Source: an uncultured delta proteobacterium (GTDB lineage: Bacteria; Desulfobacterota; Binatia; UBA9968). From it: a stretch of DNA of 64,000 nucleotides. Location of the stretch: NCBI GenBank assembly GCA_963727625.1, contig CAVSHR010000011.1, positions 192,001-256,000 on the forward strand. Direction: 5' to 3'. Position numbers and translations under genes: made by a program. The notes under the pieces are model-generated. The model saw only the letters and a list, made by a program, of their open reading frames with translations, was not told the origin of the DNA and searched no databases. How positions within the stretch are numbered: position 1 is the first letter of the stretch; every line of letters begins with the position of its first letter. Of the stretch, positions 30,104 through 40,093 are shown piece by piece.

Positions 30104-32653
30104 ATGGAAAAATTAGCAACCGTTTCGTTCTGGAAAGAAGCAGGACGATTTGTACTTCTTTGTGGGCAACTGGCGCTACTGCTAGTTGTGATTCGACAAT
30201 TTCAGATCGAGAGCAATGCTTTCGTGAGAATTGCCGTGCTTGCCTTTGGCGGTTTCATAATTCATTATTTTTTACCACTTCGCTTCAAGCTACCTTTTTT
30301 TCTATTCCTGTCACTTTGTAGTGTAGTGATCGTGTTTGGTCTGGTGTCGAGTGTTTGGTTGGTCGGAATCGGTCTATTGTTGATTGGATTGTGTCATCTT
30401 CCTTTGCCCTTTTATGGGCGCGTCGTTGCACTTCTTGCTGCGGGAGGGTGCTTGGCGGCCTTTAGGACAGAGCTGTTCCATGCGCCCTGGTCTGCCGCGC
30501 TTTGGCCTATCTTGGGCTCCATGTTCATGTTTCGAATCATGATTTACCTCTACGACGTCAGTAACGAAAAGGCGCCGCAGTCCTTTATGCAATCGTTGAG
30601 CTATTTTTTCATGCTACCGAATGTCTGCTTCCCGCTGTTTCCTGTCATCGACTACAAGACGTTCAAGCGAACCTACCTCGATACGGATTCGCATAAAATC
30701 TACCAGACCGGAATCGACTGGATGACCCGGGGAGTCATTCATCTTATCCTTTATCGGGTGGTGTATTATTACTGGACCCTTGCTCCGGCAGAAGTGATGA
30801 ACGCCAAGGATTTGGGTAGGTTTTTCGTCTCCAACTTTCTTCTTTACCTAAGAATTTCCGGGCAGTTCCACATGGTCATTGGCATGCTTTACCTGTTCGG
30901 GTTTAGGTTGCCGGAGACTCATCACCTTTATTATCTGTCTTCGAGCTTTACGGATTTTTGGCGGCGAATAAACATCTATTGGAAAGACTTCATGATGAAA
31001 ATGTTTTACTATCCGCTCTACTTTAGAATACGCGGATGGGGAAAGACGGCGCCGATTGTTGTTGCCACTATTTTTGTTTTCTTTGCGACCTGGCTGCTGC
31101 ACGCCTACCAATGGTTTTGGTTGCGGGGTGCGGTTTTGTTGGCCGGACCGGATGTGGCGTTTTGGAGCATTTTGGCGGTGCTCGTTATTGTTAACTCGCT
31201 CTACGAATTGAAATACGGGCGAGAGAGAACTCTGACCAAGCGCTCACTGACTTATTCCGCCTTTGTAAAACGTGGTGTAAGCACGGTTGCAACCTTCTGT
31301 GTCATTGCAATGCTGTGGTCATTATGGCAGAGCGAGTCCCTGGTCGAGTGGCTTTCGTTGTGGGAGTCCGTAGGTAATGACGCTAGTTTACAGTTTGGCT
31401 CGGTTCCCATTCTGTTGGTTGCAGGGGTGATCGCCGGTGGCCTCGCCGCTTTGAAAGACCGCCCCTTACCGTTGAAAGGCTCATGGGTCTTTTCTTTGCG
31501 CAAGTCTCCGGCAACGACCGTAGTATTGCTTGTGTCTCTCGCCTTGATCGGGATTCAGGGTGTTTACATCCAGCTTGGGCCGAGTGCCGCTTCCTTCATC
31601 AACTCATTACGATCAGGTAAGTTAAGCCGCTTGGACGTTGCGGCGCTAGAAGAGGGCTACTATGAGAACCTGAATCGGGTAGAGCGGTTTAACAGCCAGT
31701 TGTGGGAGCTCTATATGAATCGGCCCGCAAGTTGGCTTGATGTCGTCGGTGACGGTTTGGAGCGATTTACCGGAGATTTTCGCTATAAGGAGCTGGCTCC
31801 GTCGTTCGTGGCGTTGACGGCTCACGGAAATATTTCGACCAATCGCTGGGGAATGCGCGACAAGGACTATGAAAAAATTCCGGGGCCGAATACATTTCGG
31901 GTCGCTTTGCTCGGACCTTCATCGGTCATGGGTTGGGGGGTCAACGACGGTGAGACATTCGAAGCGATTTTGGAGCGGCATTTGAATGCTGAACGCGCAA
32001 ACAAGCCGTACGCGCATTATGAAATTCTTAATTTTGCCGTTCCGGGATACGATCCCTTGGACCAGGTCCTCGTCGTGAACAAAGCGCTTGAATTTAAGCC
32101 AAATGCGTTCTTCTATGTGGCCACGGGACGGGAGGCCTCTCGTGCCGCCATACAGTTGGCGACGGCTGCCAGCCGGAAAACCCCAATGCCCTTCGACTAC
32201 CTGAAAGATTTGTTGCAGCGAGCGAGCGTGTCACTGGGTATTCCTGAGGTAGTCGCGATCCGTCGCCTCATGCCTTTTCGGAACCAGCTTCTCACCTGGA
32301 CTTACCAGACTATTGTGAATCAATCGCGGCAACATAATATGGTGCCGGTGCTGATATTTCTGCCCCAGGTCACCGACGGCGTTTGGAGGGAAGAAACACC
32401 CGAGATTCTACGGATTGCGAGAGAAGCGGGGTTTCAAGTACTGGATTTGAGCGACGTCTATTCTAAATACGACGCTAGTGCTGTTCGCGTGGCCGAATGG
32501 GATGATCACCCCAATCAGAAGGGGCACAAGATCGTGGCCGCACGTCTCTACGAGCTTTTGAACGAAGACTGGAGCAAAATCTTCGTACCAAAAGTGCCGC
32601 TAAGAGACGGTAAGCCAACGACAATTTCTGAAAACTCTCCGCCTCTGCGGTGA
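30104..32653 (+). CDS. MBOAT O-acyltransferase fused to a C-terminal SGNH-like domain
   Basis: Multiple TM helices, SFTDFWRRINIYWKDF and TWLLHAY (MBOAT His); C-terminal LLGPSSVMG, NFAVPGY, DDHPN (SGNH blocks). Confidence 0.82.
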   Translation: MEKLATVSFWKEAGRFVLLCGQLALLLVVIRQFQIESNAFVRIAVLAFGGFIIHYFLPLRFKLPFFLFLSLCSVVIVFGLVSSVWLVGIGLLLIGLCHLPLPFYGRVVALLAAGGCLAAFRTELFHAPWSAALWPILGSMFMFRIMIYLYDVSNEKAPQSFMQSLSYFFMLPNVCFPLFPVIDYKTFKRTYLDTDSHKIYQTGIDWMTRGVIHLILYRVVYYYWTLAPAEVMNAKDLGRFFVSNFLLYLRISGQFHMVIGMLYLFGFRLPETHHLYYLSSSFTDFWRRINIYWKDFMMKMFYYPLYFRIRGWGKTAPIVVATIFVFFATWLLHAYQWFWLRGAVLLAGPDVAFWSILAVLVIVNSLYELKYGRERTLTKRSLTYSAFVKRGVSTVATFCVIAMLWSLWQSESLVEWLSLWESVGNDASLQFGSVPILLVAGVIAGGLAALKDRPLPLKGSWVFSLRKSPATTVVLLVSLALIGIQGVYIQLGPSAASFINSLRSGKLSRLDVAALEEGYYENLNRVERFNSQLWELYMNRPASWLDVVGDGLERFTGDFRYKELAPSFVALTAHGNISTNRWGMRDKDYEKIPGPNTFRVALLGPSSVMGWGVNDGETFEAILERHLNAERANKPYAHYEILNFAVPGYDPLDQVLVVNKALEFKPNAFFYVATGREASRAAIQLATAASRKTPMPFDYLKDLLQRASVSLGIPEVVAIRRLMPFRNQLLTWTYQTIVNQSRQHNMVPVLIFLPQVTDGVWREETPEILRIAREAGFQVLDLSDVYSKYDASAVRVAEWDDHPNQKGHKIVAARLYELLNEDWSKIFVPKVPLRDGKPTTISENSPPLR

Positions 32654-32733
32654 GTCTGGTTTTTTCCCCTTTGGTTGCGACCTCGCAAATCGCTCGCGCG
32701 CCGTAACTCAGTGTGCCTGAAAGGAGTCAACAG

Positions 32734-32991
32734 GTGGAAACCGTCGAACAGATGACCACAGCAGTTAAAAGCTACATCCTCAAGGAATTCCTTCCCGGCG
32801 AGAACCCGGACGAGCTTACGGATGTGACGCCGCTCATTACAGGGGGAATTCTCGATTCGTTGGCAACGTTAAAATTGGTTGCGTTCATCGAAGAGCGCTA
32901 TTGCATCCAGCTCGAGGCGTACGAAGTCGATGTCGAGCATCTCGGTAAGATCGTCGACATTGTGGCGCTGATTCAGTCCAAGTCGAAATAG
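32734..32991 (+). CDS. Acyl/peptidyl carrier protein (PltL/RedO-like)
   Basis: TPLITGGILDSL phosphopantetheine site; AAGGAG RBS before GTG. Confidence 0.88.
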   Translation: METVEQMTTAVKSYILKEFLPGENPDELTDVTPLITGGILDSLATLKLVAFIEERYCIQLEAYEVDVEHLGKIVDIVALIQSKSK

Positions 32992-33000
32992 AGAAAATCT

Positions 33001-34563
33001 ATGATGCCGCAAGCTTTGCATCAATACCTACAATCTAGTGTTCGTCTCTTCCCCGATCACCCTGCGATTGAGGAACCGGCAAAAGGCGTCGTCACTTATC
33101 GCGAGCTGGACGTGTTGTCCAACCGGCTGCGCGATCGCCTTCGTTCGATGGGAGTAGGGCGAGGCGATCGAGTCGGCATTTATTTACACAAGTCAATCGA
33201 TGCGATCGTGGCGATTGTTGGTATTCTTAAAGCCGGAGCGACGTATGTGCCGGTGGACCCTATGGCGCCTGCAAGTCGTAACGCCTACATCCTGAGCGAC
33301 TGTGGCGTCAGAGTTGTCATCATCGAAAGTGCTTTCGCTTCCGCGCTCGTTAAGGAGATCGAAACTACAGGATCGGTGCCGCAAATGATCAGGTTGGAAG
33401 GGGTTGGTGGAGGGGTGGGAGTAACATCCGCGCTGTACAATGCGCCGGGTGGGAAAGCCGTATCATTTGAGGAGGATGAGACCGTTAGCTCAAACGATCT
33501 TGCTTACATCCTCTATACCTCAGGTTCGACCGGAAAACCCAAAGGTGTCATGCTCTCGCACCTCAATGCCACAAGCTTCGTAGATTGGTGCATTGAGACA
33601 TTTGAGCCCCGGCATGGGGATCGATTCTCCTCCCACGCTCCACTTCATTTCGACCTGTCGATATTCGATCTGTATGTCACATTTGGCAGCGGTGGGACGT
33701 TGGTGTTAGTTCCTGAAGATATCGGTAAGGAGCCTGTCAAGCTGGCTAGCTTGATCGCCGAGGCGCGAATTTCGATATGGTATTCCGCGCCATCGATCCT
33801 GAGTTTGCTGGTGCAATACGGTAACCTGGAAAGACACGATTACAGCGCCCTGCGCGTGATACTTTTTGCCGGCGAAGTATTTCCGGTCAAGCATTTGAGA
33901 ACGTTGACAGAACGGTTACCCAACCGGAGATATTTTAATCTCTACGGCCCAACCGAAACGAACGTGTGTACGTTCTATGAGGTGCCTTCGGTAATTCCTG
34001 ACGATCGCACCGAGCCATTTCCGATCGGCAAGGCCTGCAAGCATTTGCAAGCCAGGGTTTTGGACGAAGAGGGCCACGAGATCAAGCTAGGCGAAAGAGG
34101 TGAGCTTTGCATTGCCGGCCCCGCGGTTATGCACGGTTACTGGAACCTACCGGAACAAAGCACGCAGGCCTTTTGGGAGGCGGAGGGCGCTCGTTGGTAC
34201 CGGACCGGCGACATCGTCATTGAGCCGCCCGATGGAAATTATGTCTACGTCGGCCGGCGCGATCGGATGGTGAAACGACGTGGCTACCGGGTGGAGCTTG
34301 GAGAAATCGAGGCAGGACTTTACCGTCATCCGATAATCAAGGAAGCCGCTGTCGTCGCGCTGCCCGACCAGGAAGCGGGTGTGCGCATTCGCGCGTTTCT
34401 AAGCTGCCAGGAAGGCAAGCGTCCCTCAATTATCGAATTGAAGCGCTTTTGCATGGAGGTTTTGCCGCCCTACATGATTCCCGATGTGTTTTCATTTCAA
34501 GACGCACTGCCCAAAACCTCGACTGACAAGATCGATTATCAGCGGCTCAAGGAAATGAAGTGA
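33001..34563 (+). CDS. Standalone amino acid adenylation enzyme (L-proline--carrier ligase-like)
   Basis: YTSGSTGKPKG, HAPLHFDLSIFDLY, NLYGPTETNVC, YRTGD, RVELGEIE, LPKTSTDKID. Confidence 0.87.
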   Translation: MMPQALHQYLQSSVRLFPDHPAIEEPAKGVVTYRELDVLSNRLRDRLRSMGVGRGDRVGIYLHKSIDAIVAIVGILKAGATYVPVDPMAPASRNAYILSDCGVRVVIIESAFASALVKEIETTGSVPQMIRLEGVGGGVGVTSALYNAPGGKAVSFEEDETVSSNDLAYILYTSGSTGKPKGVMLSHLNATSFVDWCIETFEPRHGDRFSSHAPLHFDLSIFDLYVTFGSGGTLVLVPEDIGKEPVKLASLIAEARISIWYSAPSILSLLVQYGNLERHDYSALRVILFAGEVFPVKHLRTLTERLPNRRYFNLYGPTETNVCTFYEVPSVIPDDRTEPFPIGKACKHLQARVLDEEGHEIKLGERGELCIAGPAVMHGYWNLPEQSTQAFWEAEGARWYRTGDIVIEPPDGNYVYVGRRDRMVKRRGYRVELGEIEAGLYRHPIIKEAAVVALPDQEAGVRIRAFLSCQEGKRPSIIELKRFCMEVLPPYMIPDVFSFQDALPKTSTDKIDYQRLKEMK

Positions 34564-35711
34564 TGGATTTTTCGTATAGCGAAGAGCAGCAACTCCTGCG
34601 CGACACCATTGGCCGCTTTGCCGCCAAAGAGTTGAACGACACTGTCATCGAGCGTGACCGGGAGCACCAGTTCCCGCATCAGTTATGGTTGAAAGCCGGC
34701 GAAATGCGGTTGCAAGGTTTACCCGTCTCCGAGGATTACGGCGGTAGTGGATTGGATCCGTTAACCTCCGCGATCGCCTTGGAAGCCCTAGGCTATGGCT
34801 GTGAAGACAGCGGGCTGGTCTTCTCTATCTGCGCGCATCTTCTGTCTTGCGTCATACCGATCTGGAAATTCGGCAATGAGGAGCAAAAACAGCGCTACCT
34901 GCCGAAGCTGTGCAACGGTTCCCTAATTGGTGTTCATGCCATGACCGAGCCGGGTGCCGGTTCCGATGCTTTTGCCATGACGACCAAAGCTGTGCCATGC
35001 GACGGCGGTTACGTTATCAACGGTAATAAGACTTTCATCTCCAACGCGCCGGTTGCCGATGTAGTCATAGTCTTCGCCGTTACGAACGCAACCAAGGGCT
35101 ACTATGGCGGCATCTCAGCCTTTATCGTCGAAAAAGGCACGCCCGGATTCAAACATGGTCAAACCTTCGAAAAAATGGGTTTGCGCACGGCGCCGCTTGG
35201 CGAGCTGGTGTTCGACAATGTTATTGTTCCCGAAAATGCGATTCTGGGGGGCGTTGGCGCCGGATCATCGATGTTCACTCATGCGATGGACTGGGAGCGG
35301 GTCTGTCTGTTCGCATCACACGTCGGCACCATGGAACGTTTGATGGGCAAAGCGATCGCCTTTGCCAACACGCGCAAACAGTTCAACCAATCCATCGGCA
35401 AGTACCAAGCCGTCTCCCATCGCATCGCCGACATGAAAGTGCGCCTCGAAGCGGCGCGGTTGCTGATTTACAAAGCCGCGTCACTGCTCGACAAGACGAA
35501 AACCGTATCGTTGGATGCCGCTGTGGCAAAGCTGTTCGCCAGCGAGTCCCTGGTGAAAACTGCCATGGAAGTGGTGCAAATCCACGGTGGCAATGGTTAC
35601 ATGGTCGAATATGAAATGGAACGCGCTCTGCGCGATGCCATCGGCAGCACAATCTATTCCGGCACTTCAGAAATGCAGCGCAACATTATCTCCCGCTGGC
35701 TCGGTCTATAA
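34560..35711 (+). CDS. Acyl-CoA dehydrogenase family protein, L-prolyl-PCP dehydrogenase-like
   Basis: LGYGCEDSGLVFSICAH, MTEPGAGSD, KMGLR, MDWER, QIHGGNGY, IYSGTSEMQR. Confidence 0.85.
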   Translation: MMDFSYSEEQQLLRDTIGRFAAKELNDTVIERDREHQFPHQLWLKAGEMRLQGLPVSEDYGGSGLDPLTSAIALEALGYGCEDSGLVFSICAHLLSCVIPIWKFGNEEQKQRYLPKLCNGSLIGVHAMTEPGAGSDAFAMTTKAVPCDGGYVINGNKTFISNAPVADVVIVFAVTNATKGYYGGISAFIVEKGTPGFKHGQTFEKMGLRTAPLGELVFDNVIVPENAILGGVGAGSSMFTHAMDWERVCLFASHVGTMERLMGKAIAFANTRKQFNQSIGKYQAVSHRIADMKVRLEAARLLIYKAASLLDKTKTVSLDAAVAKLFASESLVKTAMEVVQIHGGNGYMVEYEMERALRDAIGSTIYSGTSEMQRNIISRWLGL

Positions 35712-35855
35712 CAGCTAAGAGTGGACGCAAAGAGCACCTAGGTAATGTGTGAAGCGCTTTCCTGGTATCTGCAATTAACCCCTACGGGCTGGCCCGAAGC
35801 TCCTTGCAACCTGTAGTCGGTGGTCGATTAGCTGTAGTCCTTCATCGAGTCGATA

Positions 35856-37049
35856 ATGAACGAGCCTCCTTTAATCGCCCACGTGATTCAACGCCTCGCA
35901 GTGGGCGGATTGGAAAACGGCGTGGTCAATTTGATCAACCATATGCCGGAAGATCGATATCGTCATGCCGTGATCTGCCTCGCCGACGCGACCGATTTTT
36001 CACTGCGGATCAAAAACAAAGGCGTCGCCGTATTAGCCCTAGGCCAACGACGTGGCCATGACTTCGGCGTTCACCGGCGCTTGCTGAAGCTCCTGCGGCG
36101 GCTGCGCCCGGCGATTGTTCACACGCGAAATTTGACGGCATTGGAATTCCAAGCGGTCGCGGCGCTGGCCGGAGTGCCCGGTCGGGTTCATGGGGAGCAC
36201 GGTCGGGATATGTACGATTTGGACGGCGCGAATACGAAATATAATCTCTTCAGAAAGACGCTTCGGCCTTTCGTGCAACATTATACCGCTGTGAGTGTCG
36301 ATCTGGCACAGTGGCTGGTAGATACGATCGGCGTAAGGCCCGAACGGGTGACCCAGATTTACAACGGTGTGGACGCCGATAGATTTCGCCCGCGCCGAGG
36401 ACCCCGCGCCCAAGTCGGTCCCGAAGGATTTTTGAGCGCGGATTCGTATGTGGTCGGAACCGTCGGGCGCATGGAAGCGGTGAAAGATCAGCTCACCTTG
36501 GCGCGTGCGTTCGTCCACCTGGTGCAGACGCGCGAAGAAGCTCGTAAACGATTGCGTTTGATCGTGATAGGCGAGGGTTCGCAGCGAACGTCGGCCATCG
36601 CACTGCTGCGCAATGCTCGAATGGAAGATCTCGCGTGGTTTCCCGGCGAAAGCGATGAAGTTTCGGAACTCATGAGAGCACTCGACTTATTTGTCCTGCC
36701 GTCTCTCAGAGAGGGCATTTCCAATACGATCTTGGAGGCCATGGCGACTGGGCTTCCTGTGATTGCAACCCGAGTAGGCGGTAATCCGGAGTTAGTAGAG
36801 GACGGGAAAACCGGTGCGTTAGTACCCCATTCAGATGCGCTATCGATGGCGGTAGCAATAGGTTCATACTTGGACAATGCTGATAAAACCACGGCTCACG
36901 GCGAAGCAGGTCGTAGAAGAGTTGAATCCAAGTTCACAATGAATAGCATGGTCGCAGGTTATCTAGCTGTTTATGATTCGTTGCTTCGTCGAAACTGCCT
37001 TCGCAGTAGTGCTTCTCGTTCGTTATCTCAGGCTTACCCTCACTTCTGA
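35856..37049 (+). CDS. Glycosyltransferase family 4, PEP-CTERM/XrtA-system type
   Basis: GGLENGVVNLIN, HGEHGRD, EGISNTILEAMATG. Confidence 0.92.
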   Translation: MNEPPLIAHVIQRLAVGGLENGVVNLINHMPEDRYRHAVICLADATDFSLRIKNKGVAVLALGQRRGHDFGVHRRLLKLLRRLRPAIVHTRNLTALEFQAVAALAGVPGRVHGEHGRDMYDLDGANTKYNLFRKTLRPFVQHYTAVSVDLAQWLVDTIGVRPERVTQIYNGVDADRFRPRRGPRAQVGPEGFLSADSYVVGTVGRMEAVKDQLTLARAFVHLVQTREEARKRLRLIVIGEGSQRTSAIALLRNARMEDLAWFPGESDEVSELMRALDLFVLPSLREGISNTILEAMATGLPVIATRVGGNPELVEDGKTGALVPHSDALSMAVAIGSYLDNADKTTAHGEAGRRRVESKFTMNSMVAGYLAVYDSLLRRNCLRSSASRSLSQAYPHF

Positions 37050-37058
37050 AATTATACG

Positions 37059-38138
37059 ATGCGACGGATTCTTAGCCAATCGAGACCTTTGATTCGCTCA
37101 TCTGCGGCGCGCGCGTTGTTTTCCTTCGGTGCTGTAAAATTACTGACAAAAGGAGCAAGCGCGTATGGGCTTCACCGAAAGGAGCGCAACGGCCGTGTGA
37201 CTTTTCCGTTTATCAAGAAAAGGTCGTCCCAAGTGATTCAGATATTGCTGTACCATAGAGTTAATGACGATAACGATCCATTTTTCCCGGGTGTACTCAT
37301 TGCTGATTTCCGGCGCCAGATGGAGTATATCGCTGAAAATTATTACGTCTGCGGCCTGGAAGAAGCGATCGACCGGATGGCAACTAATGACGTTCACGAC
37401 CGTATGATCGTGATCACCTTCGATGATGGTTACCGAGATAACTTTACGAACGCCTTCCCAATTTTGCGGCAATTGGGCATCCCGGCAACGATATTTTTGG
37501 CGACTGGCGCCCTGGACTCCGAGAAGCTCCTTTGGCACGACCTTGTCTTTTCCGCGTTTAGAACGACCCAGCTTCGCTTTCTCAAGGACTTTCCCGATGT
37601 GGGTTCTGTTTACTCGATTCAAAATATACGGGAGAAATTGTCGGCTCAGCAGCACATACTAGAACACTTGTGGTCTCTCCCGGACGATGATCGCGCGCTC
37701 GCGATGGATCGACTCACGCAGTGCTTGGGGGTTTGCAGCGATCCTGTAAAAGATCTCATGTTGTCGTGGGATGAAGTCAGAATAATGTATCAGAATGGCA
37801 TTTCATTCGGTTCACACACCTGCACGCACCCAATATTGTCAAAAGTGTCTGCCGATAGGGTGAGGCGGGAAATTGTCGATTCTAAGCGCGCTATTGAAGC
37901 CAACCTACGATGCAACGTTCAGTCTTTCGCATTTCCGGTCGGTCGGTCCCAGGATTTCGATGATCGGACGAAGTCCTTATTGAAAGATAACGGTTACCGC
38001 TGCGCTGTTACTACGCGATTCGGTGTCAATCTTCCAAACCAGGACCTGTTTGAGTTAAGGCGGGCAACGCCATGGGAAAGAGATCTCCCATCTTTTGCAC
38101 TGAAGCTTGCCTGGTATCGGTTTGCTTGCCGGACATAG
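37059..38138 (+). CDS. Polysaccharide deacetylase family protein
   Basis: LLYHRV, TFDDGYRDN, GSHTCTHP, FAFPVG. Confidence 0.88.
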   Translation: MRRILSQSRPLIRSSAARALFSFGAVKLLTKGASAYGLHRKERNGRVTFPFIKKRSSQVIQILLYHRVNDDNDPFFPGVLIADFRRQMEYIAENYYVCGLEEAIDRMATNDVHDRMIVITFDDGYRDNFTNAFPILRQLGIPATIFLATGALDSEKLLWHDLVFSAFRTTQLRFLKDFPDVGSVYSIQNIREKLSAQQHILEHLWSLPDDDRALAMDRLTQCLGVCSDPVKDLMLSWDEVRIMYQNGISFGSHTCTHPILSKVSADRVRREIVDSKRAIEANLRCNVQSFAFPVGRSQDFDDRTKSLLKDNGYRCAVTTRFGVNLPNQDLFELRRATPWERDLPSFALKLAWYRFACRT

Positions 38139-38157
38139 CGGTGGTTTCCGGATCACA

Positions 38158-39207
38158 TTGAATATACAAATTCGCGAGGCCGATCTTAACCGGGAGGGAG
38201 CACAGATAGCGGATGCGCTGTCGATGTATTTAAACCCACTTGCGGACGCTCCTCGATTTGAGTGGCTCTATAAACGAAACCCGAACGGGAAAGTGAGAGC
38301 ATGGTTGGCGTTAGATAATGACGACATTATTGCAACAGCCGCGGTTTTTCCGCGGCGTGCATACTTTAATAAAATCGAAAGTCTTGCGTGGGTTCTAGGT
38401 GATTTCTGTGTTAGTGATCGGCATCGCAGCTTAGGACCTGCGGTCGCCCTACAACGCGCATTGTTACAAGCGGCCGATTCTAGCGGCGTGCCTATTTCTT
38501 ATGATTTTCCCAGTGCGGCGATGGCTGCGGTCTACAAACGCCTGAAGATCGAGCCATTCGGTCAAATGGTAAGGATGGCGAAAGTGTTGCGCGTGGACAA
38601 GAAATTGCGCGACCGCATTGGATATGAACGGCTGGCAAAAACGGTAGTGCCAGTTGGCAATGCGATTCTCGAAGCAACAGCAGCAGTTTTTCAACCCAGC
38701 GTCGATAAGACTCTTAAGACCTCTTTGCAAAGGAGTAAATGCGGAAGTGAGTTTGATGCATTGGCCGAGCGTGTAGGATTGGGTTTTGATTTTTGCGTGA
38801 GACGGTCGGCGGAATATCTTAATTGGCGGTATTTGGAGAATCCTTACAAAAAGCATGAACTCATCACAGTTGGACGAAATGGATCCTTGCTTGGCTTTCT
38901 CGTATTTTCGCAGACTGGCCCGGATACTGAGATCGTTGATGTTTTCGGAGAAGACAATGTCTCCGTTATCGGTAGGTTGATCAGTGAAGTTGTCGAACTA
39001 TTACGCCGCCGCGGCGCTATGACCATCAGCGCTGAGCTGATCGCGTCACACCCGTGGATCGGGTTATTTAAGAAATTCGGTTTTTATTCCAGAGAGACTA
39101 AACCGTTAATGGTTTATGCATCCGATCAGGCTCGTCCTCTAGGTATAAATAATGTGGAATCTAGCCACTCAGCCTGGTTCATCACGGGCGGGGATCGGGA
39201 CTCTTGA
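38158..39207 (+). CDS. GNAT family N-acyltransferase
   Basis: WLYKRNP, YDFP, RSAEYLNWRY, GDRD tail typical of GNAT proteins in EPS loci; start approximate. Confidence 0.7.
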   Translation: MNIQIREADLNREGAQIADALSMYLNPLADAPRFEWLYKRNPNGKVRAWLALDNDDIIATAAVFPRRAYFNKIESLAWVLGDFCVSDRHRSLGPAVALQRALLQAADSSGVPISYDFPSAAMAAVYKRLKIEPFGQMVRMAKVLRVDKKLRDRIGYERLAKTVVPVGNAILEATAAVFQPSVDKTLKTSLQRSKCGSEFDALAERVGLGFDFCVRRSAEYLNWRYLENPYKKHELITVGRNGSLLGFLVFSQTGPDTEIVDVFGEDNVSVIGRLISEVVELLRRRGAMTISAELIASHPWIGLFKKFGFYSRETKPLMVYASDQARPLGINNVESSHSAWFITGGDRDS

Positions 39208-39440
39208 GACGGCAAAGTGGAGCTAGGGTGCAGCGGCGAGTGGCGGGTTGCAAAGAGCCTGGGCGTAGAACTAAGGGTAGCGAGCGAAGGTCGGTCGTTG
39301 ACGACTATCTTCAATGTTATTGAGTTCTCGATGCCCGTCGCTCAGTCCTAAGTAACATTCATTGTCGGTGCTCCGGAAAACTAGTTGTCAGTAGTCCGTA
39401 GCTAGCGGTCTGTAATCGCTAATCATTCATAGGAGATATA

Positions 39441-39704
39441 ATGGACGTAGGAATCATCGCTGAGCGCATTCAGAAATTTCTTGTACATCAGTTTCCGGCA
39501 ACGAAAAACGTCGGCCGTGAAGAGCCGCTGTTGAAGAACGGACTCATTGATTCGCTTGGAGTTCTTGAAGTCGTGACGTTTATCGAAAAAGAATTCGGCA
39601 TTACGTTAACGGACGAGGAGCTTCTACCAGAAAATTTCGAATCGATCGGCAGTATTTCCAACTTTGTCCGGCATAAAATGAACGGAAGTGGAACCCGAGA
39701 TTAA
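39441..39704 (+). CDS. Acyl carrier protein
   Basis: GLIDSLGV, EFGI, PENFESI. Confidence 0.9.
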   Translation: MDVGIIAERIQKFLVHQFPATKNVGREEPLLKNGLIDSLGVLEVVTFIEKEFGITLTDEELLPENFESIGSISNFVRHKMNGSGTRD

Positions 39705-39971
39705 TCACCACGGAGATCCCAGCGTGACAGAGCCACACCCAAAAAGTCGGCGAATTCACCGCAGAGACGCCGAGGACACAGAGTTTGGATAAGAAAATTG
39801 TTCAAAAAATGAAATCAACTCCGATCTCTGTGCTCTCCGCGCCTCTGCGGTGCTTTTTTTCTCGAATTTGCGCGCCCCGCGCAAATATCGAAGCATAGTA
39901 GTACAGAACTCACAGAGATCGTGCTCTTATCGAAAGACTTGTCTCGGTGGTCTCTGGGTCCTCTGTGGTAA
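39704..39971. repeat. Nested hairpin element (CACAGAG family)
   Basis: Outer arms caccacggagatc.. / ctcggtggtctctgggtcctctgtggt; inner arms about 39757-39783 / 39826-39852; perfect 9-bp inverted repeat at 39866-39886. Confidence 0.75.
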
Positions 39972-40093
39972 GAAGTTCGAAAGAATTCGATTCGACTGCT
40001 CGCCCTGATGGACAGGGATGCGCGGGCGGGTACCAGGCGGTTAGGGCGATATCGAGTTTTCACCGGCTAGCCTATCAAGGAGATTCTTATCAC

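Noticed and set aside
32734-35711. Standalone NRPS/PKS antibiotic cluster or canonical dlt operon
   Set aside because: No condensation, KS or halogenase genes; the dehydrogenase and proline-type pocket do not fit DltA-D
39230-39420. Another heptamer element between the GNAT and ACP genes
   Set aside because: Only scattered gtcggtc/cagtcct-like words, too degenerate to support
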